Assembly: GCA_963701855.1 (NCBI GenBank)
Contig: CAVPBK010000006.1
Location: 768,001-832,000, forward strand
Length of the DNA: 64,000 nucleotides
Source of the DNA: Nitrospirota bacterium
GTDB taxonomy: Bacteria > Nitrospirota > Nitrospiria > Nitrospirales > Nitrospiraceae
Direction: 5' to 3'
Shown here: in pieces, positions 60,194-64,000 of the stretch
Layout of the letters: each line of letters begins with the position of its first letter
Position numbering within the stretch: the first letter of the stretch is position 1
The notes under the pieces: model-generated
Database searches by the model: none
What the model was told of the DNA's origin: nothing
The model's input: the letters and a program-made list of their open reading frames with translations, nothing else
Translations under genes and position numbers: made by a program

Positions 60194-61438
60194 CTATCGG
60201 TCGCACTCCCCCATCACAATGTCGTAGGTCCCGAAGATCGTGACCGCATCGGAGATCATGTAGCCTCTGGACATATGGTCGAATGCGCCCATGTGAACAA
60301 AGGAGGGGGCGCGAATTTTCAAGCGGTAGGGTTTCCCGCCGCCCGTGCTGACGATGTAGAAGCCCAACTCCCCCTTATGCGCTTCTGTTCCACAATAGAT
60401 CTCTCCCGGAGGGGCGTCGAAGCCCTGCGAGAAAAGCTTGAATTGCTGGATCATGGATTCCAGATTCGTAAAGACTCGTTGCTTTGGCGGCAATGTGACG
60501 CTAGGCACATCGGCCATAATGGGGCCGTCCTGCATCTGCTCTAGGCATTGCCGGATGATTTTCACGCTCTCGTAGAGTTCCTGGACGCGGATCCAGTACC
60601 GGTCGTAGGTATCGCCGTTCTTGCCGAGCGGCACACTGAATTCACATTTTGGATAGGCCGAGTACGGCTGGGCTTTACGGAGGTCGTAGTCGACACCGGA
60701 GCCACGGAGCGTTGGGCCACTCAGGCCGAAGCTCACGGCGTCTTCCGCTGAGATAATGGCCACTCCTTTAGTCCGCCCGACCCAAATCCGGTTCGTCTCC
60801 AGGAAGACCATGTACTCGTCGATTTTTGACGGAAAGTAGTCCAAGAACTGCTTGAGTTTATTAAGCAACGAGGACGTGAAGTCCCGCTCGACGCCGCCGA
60901 TGCGATACCAACTGGTGGTGAGGCGCGCGCCACAAAGTTCGTCGAACCAATCCATCAAAATTTCCCGATCACGGAAACAATAGAAAAAGACGGTCATGGC
61001 TCCAATGTCGAGCGCCTGGGTGCCGAGCCAAAACTGATGACCGATGATTCGTTGGACCTCTGCCACGATCGTGCGCAGGTATTCTGCACGGTCCGGCACG
61101 GTAATATTCATCAGCTTTTCGACCGCGCGACAGTAGGCAAAATTGTTGTACATCGCGCAGACATAGTCGAGCCGGTCGGTATGGGGGATAAATTGGTGAT
61201 AGGTGCCGTCTTCCGCAAGCTTCTCCACCCCACGGTGCAAATATCCCAACACGGGGGTAGACTTGACGAGGCGTTCTCCTTCTAATTCGAGAATCACTTT
61301 TAGCACCCCATGGGTAGCAGGGTGCTGGGGGCCCATATTGAGCAGCAGTTCTTCCGTGCGCAGGGTTGGAAGGGTCTCGCTTCCCGGATGAGCCAGATCG
61401 ATCTTGTAGACGGTTGTTCGTTGATCTTCAAAAGCCAT
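60194..61438 (-). CDS. nuoD: NADH-quinone oxidoreductase subunit D
   Basis: LNMGPQHPATHGVL, GYLHRGVEK, DRLDY, GECDR. Confidence 0.98.
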   Translation of the reverse strand: MAFEDQRTTVYKIDLAHPGSETLPTLRTEELLLNMGPQHPATHGVLKVILELEGERLVKSTPVLGYLHRGVEKLAEDGTYHQFIPHTDRLDYVCAMYNNFAYCRAVEKLMNITVPDRAEYLRTIVAEVQRIIGHQFWLGTQALDIGAMTVFFYCFRDREILMDWFDELCGARLTTSWYRIGGVERDFTSSLLNKLKQFLDYFPSKIDEYMVFLETNRIWVGRTKGVAIISAEDAVSFGLSGPTLRGSGVDYDLRKAQPYSAYPKCEFSVPLGKNGDTYDRYWIRVQELYESVKIIRQCLEQMQDGPIMADVPSVTLPPKQRVFTNLESMIQQFKLFSQGFDAPPGEIYCGTEAHKGELGFYIVSTGGGKPYRLKIRAPSFVHMGAFDHMSRGYMISDAVTIFGTYDIVMGECDR

Positions 61439-61446
61439 CGCTTGTC

Positions 61447-61950
61447 CTACCGAGCCGTTTCGTCCAGAAACTCGAATGTGTCGCGCCAGCCCCTGCCTCG
61501 GAGCGGAAAATCTTTTCGCAACGGGTAGCCTTCGGTATAATCATCCGGCATGAGGATTCGACGAAGATCCGGATGGTGCCGGAATCGGATTCCCATCATG
61601 TCGTAGACTTCACGCTCCATGAAGTCTGCGCCTTTCCAGAGATCCGTCAGAGAATCCACAATGCAATCCGATTCCGGCACCCTGGTCTTGAGCCGAATAC
61701 GCTGGCGTTTCCTGATCGAGTAAAACTCGTAGACAACTTCAAATCGCTCTTCGTCGTCAGGCCAGTCGACCGAACTCACATGCACGATATAGTCGAAGTC
61801 CATGGCCGGGTCGTCATGAAGGAATTGAGAGACCTCATGGAGTCGATCCCGCGTCACAGTCACCGCAAGATCGCCACGCCATTCGACGGCCTTGACGAAG
61901 CCGGCAGAAAAGTTTTCTTGGAGTCGGCTGGCCATTTGCTGCAAGGACAT
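61447..61950 (-). CDS. nuoC: NADH-quinone oxidoreductase subunit C
   Basis: EREVYDMMGI.F.HHPDLRRIL, PLRKDFPL. Confidence 0.97.
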   Translation of the reverse strand: MSLQQMASRLQENFSAGFVKAVEWRGDLAVTVTRDRLHEVSQFLHDDPAMDFDYIVHVSSVDWPDDEERFEVVYEFYSIRKRQRIRLKTRVPESDCIVDSLTDLWKGADFMEREVYDMMGIRFRHHPDLRRILMPDDYTEGYPLRKDFPLRGRGWRDTFEFLDETAR

Positions 61951-61960
61951 CGACCGAGAC

Positions 61961-62488
61961 CTATATTTTCAGACCGGGCTTGACCTGATCCGGTTGCTTC
62001 TGAAACACGGGTTTCAGCATGATTCGTTCTTGTAATTTGAGTATGCCGTCAAAGAGTGCCTCCGGCGTTGGAGGGCAACCCGGTACATAGATATCAACCG
62101 GAACAAAGCGGTCGACACCTTGGACGACACTATAGCTGTCATATATATTTCCTGACGTCGCGCAAGACCCCATGGCAATGACATATTTCGGCTCGGGCAT
62201 CTGATCGTACAATTTTCGGATAACGGGGGCCATCCGCCGGCAAACGGTACCGGCCACAATCATCAGATCGGACTGGCGCGGTGAGGCCCGAAAGACACCG
62301 GCACCATAGCGATCCATATCGTACCGTGATGAGACTGCGGCGATCATTTCGATCGCGCAGCAGGCCAAGCCAAACGTCATGGGCCACAGTGATCCCTTGC
62401 GACCCCAGTTGACGGCTTTTTCTATCGTCGTGATAATGACATCGGACGTGCCATCCTTGTCATGACGACCAATTTGGATCAGTCCCAT
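61961..62488 (-). CDS. nuoB: NADH-quinone oxidoreductase subunit B
   Basis: [25 protein letters not shown]. Confidence 0.98.
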   Translation of the reverse strand: MGLIQIGRHDKDGTSDVIITTIEKAVNWGRKGSLWPMTFGLACCAIEMIAAVSSRYDMDRYGAGVFRASPRQSDLMIVAGTVCRRMAPVIRKLYDQMPEPKYVIAMGSCATSGNIYDSYSVVQGVDRFVPVDIYVPGCPPTPEALFDGILKLQERIMLKPVFQKQPDQVKPGLKI

Positions 62489-62862
62489 TCCAGGGCTCCC
62501 TTCCGCCAAGCATAGACATAGGCCACCAAAAACAATCCGATGAAAACCAGCATTTCAATCAACCCGATCAACTGGATCTTGGTAAAGACCACTGCCCAGG
62601 GATACAGAAAGATGACCTCGATATCGAAAATAACGAAAAGCATCGCAAAAATGTAATACCGAACTGGGAAGGGCATCCGAGCGTCTGAGAACGGTTCTGC
62701 TCCACACTCATAGGTAGTCAATTTCTCCTGTTCAGGATATTTTGGATGGACCAGATAACTGATGATGAGCGACCACATGCCGAACGTCAGCGCTATGATA
62801 ACAAAGAACAAAATCGGAAAGTATCTGGTCAGATACTCAAGAAGTAACTCAGAACCGCTCAT
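62479..62862 (-). CDS. nuoA: NADH-quinone oxidoreductase subunit A
   Basis: YECG, FVIFDIE..FLYPWA, KGALEW. Confidence 0.98.
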   Translation of the reverse strand: MSGSELLLEYLTRYFPILFFVIIALTFGMWSLIISYLVHPKYPEQEKLTTYECGAEPFSDARMPFPVRYYIFAMLFVIFDIEVIFLYPWAVVFTKIQLIGLIEMLVFIGLFLVAYVYAWRKGALEWD

Positions 62863-62968
62863 TGGCCTGACCTTTCAATATCTTAAGATACAAAGAGGGG
62901 TGGATTTTAGACTTTGCATGATGAAGATAGCAAGCGTCCAAAAGACCTGTGGGATCGACCCGAAAGTC

Positions 62969-63161
62969 CTAGCCCACATGATTCACGACGGCTTGTCATG
63001 AAATCGTCGTGGTCACGAGGGAGACGGACATACGGAGCCCTGAGGCCCCAAGGCTCACACACGGTTGTCGAGAGGGTGAGCAGCTAGCCGGGTCGCTAAA
63101 AGCTCATCACAGCTGCGAATCTGCAATCGCACTAGAAACGCTCATGAGTATTGCGAGCTAG
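62969..63161. mobile_element. MITE-like element, family B
   Basis: CTAGCCCACATGATTCACGA ... TCATGAGTATTGCGAGCTAG, with CTAG at both ends. Confidence 0.65.
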
Positions 63162-63602
63162 ACTCTGTCGTGGTCAGAAGCATGGCTGGCGCGAATGAGA
63201 AGCCAGGGTGTTGAGACCTCTATATATCTAGGGGACAGGGGCGTAGCGCAATTAAAAAACCCCGTTCTGCTCATGAAATTTTATCGTCCTTCTGGAACAG
63301 CATATTTATGAAGGGCTCTTCACTCTGTCTGGTGGGGCGGGCGACATGCGACCTGACGACATGCGCAGGTGGGAGGGTGGCAGCTCATCAATTTGATCCC
63401 ATTCAGGCTCCAGGGCCGAGAACGCCTTGGCTTTCTTGCGTCGATGAATCTGGGTCTCAAGGCGGGGACGGTCTTCGCATTGAGCGCCGTGGATAGTAAG
63501 TTGGTCAGGCACCATGATGTTCCCCGCTATGTGAAATCATTGTTCGTAGCACCATAACATCGGGTAAGTTAGTGGGTCAATGAAGACAAAGCCTCAATAT
63601 TC

Positions 63603-63630
63603 TTGACAATGCAGGACTATTTGCTATGGT
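63603..63630 (+). promoter_or_regulatory. Putative sigma70 promoter TTGACA-N16-TATGGT with extended -10
   Basis: About 40 bp upstream of the ATG at 63672. Confidence 0.5.
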
Positions 63631-63671
63631 GTTGACAGCAATAACTTGCCTTATCATGAAGGACAACCACC

Positions 63672-64000
63672 ATGGCTAACTATTCAATAAAATGTGCCGT
63701 CACTCTCATAGTCTGGACCTTGGCCACTCCGCTCCTTCCTCTGGCCTGGGCAGCCGACGACCTCACTTCGATCCGAGTCGGAGAATCAGCTTTGGCCTAT
63801 TCGTCCGGCTCAATCCAGCGATCAACACCACAAGATGGGTTTGTGAATGTGATTACCGGCGACAATCAGACGACCGGAGATCACATGATCTTGGGAACCC
63901 GGGATATCCTGTACCTCCGGTTGAAGAGTCCCGGCGATGTTGCACCCGGAGATCTTTTCACGATCTATAGACGAGCACTCAAAGTATTCCATCCCACCAC
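63672..64000 (+). CDS. Secreted protein, partial (FlgT-C/TsaP-like beta domain; absent from ORF track)
   Basis: Open from ATG 63672 to the window end: MANYSIK...PLAWA|ADD...DILYLRL...PGDLFTIYR...VFHPT. Confidence 0.7.
   Translation, partial: MANYSIKCAVTLIVWTLATPLLPLAWAADDLTSIRVGESALAYSSGSIQRSTPQDGFVNVITGDNQTTGDHMILGTRDILYLRLKSPGDVAPGDLFTIYRRALKVFHPT

Noticed and set aside
63306..63515. 69-aa ORF upstream of nuoA
   Set aside because: Plausible SD but no recognisable features; cannot be supported without homology data.

Overview
The window looks like a Nitrospira-like (Nitrospirota) chromosome segment, inferred from the 2M-type complex I operon and gene content. From left to right it contains: (1) a GC-rich partial aqpZ and a gene-free, heavily base-paired ~410-nt stretch behind a sigma70-like promoter (candidate novel ncRNA); (2) an APC permease divergent from a ParB-like / OB-fold / phhB / B12-radical-SAM (TIGR03975-type) cluster; (3) housekeeping genes (suhB, lpxC with a sigma54 promoter, a Rossmann-fold sensor kinase plus NarL regulator, nrdR, glyA, rplI) and a degenerate SF1-helicase-like gene; (4) tRNA-Leu(CAG) with a ~8.9-kb integrase-less island bounded by a 20-bp direct repeat, carrying two IS3 elements, a Tat-exported biuret/guanylurea-hydrolase-like enzyme, a Sel1 protein and pseudogenes; (5) a ~3,700-aa two-partner-secretion adhesin split by one frameshift, with its TpsB; (6) pyrE and a three-gene two-component cluster; (7) a nuoABCD-G-IJKL-M-M-N operon lacking nuoE/F/H. 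Two MITE-like families and 7-mer palindromic repeats are scattered throughout. All calls come from reading the sequence and motif recognition; no searches were run.
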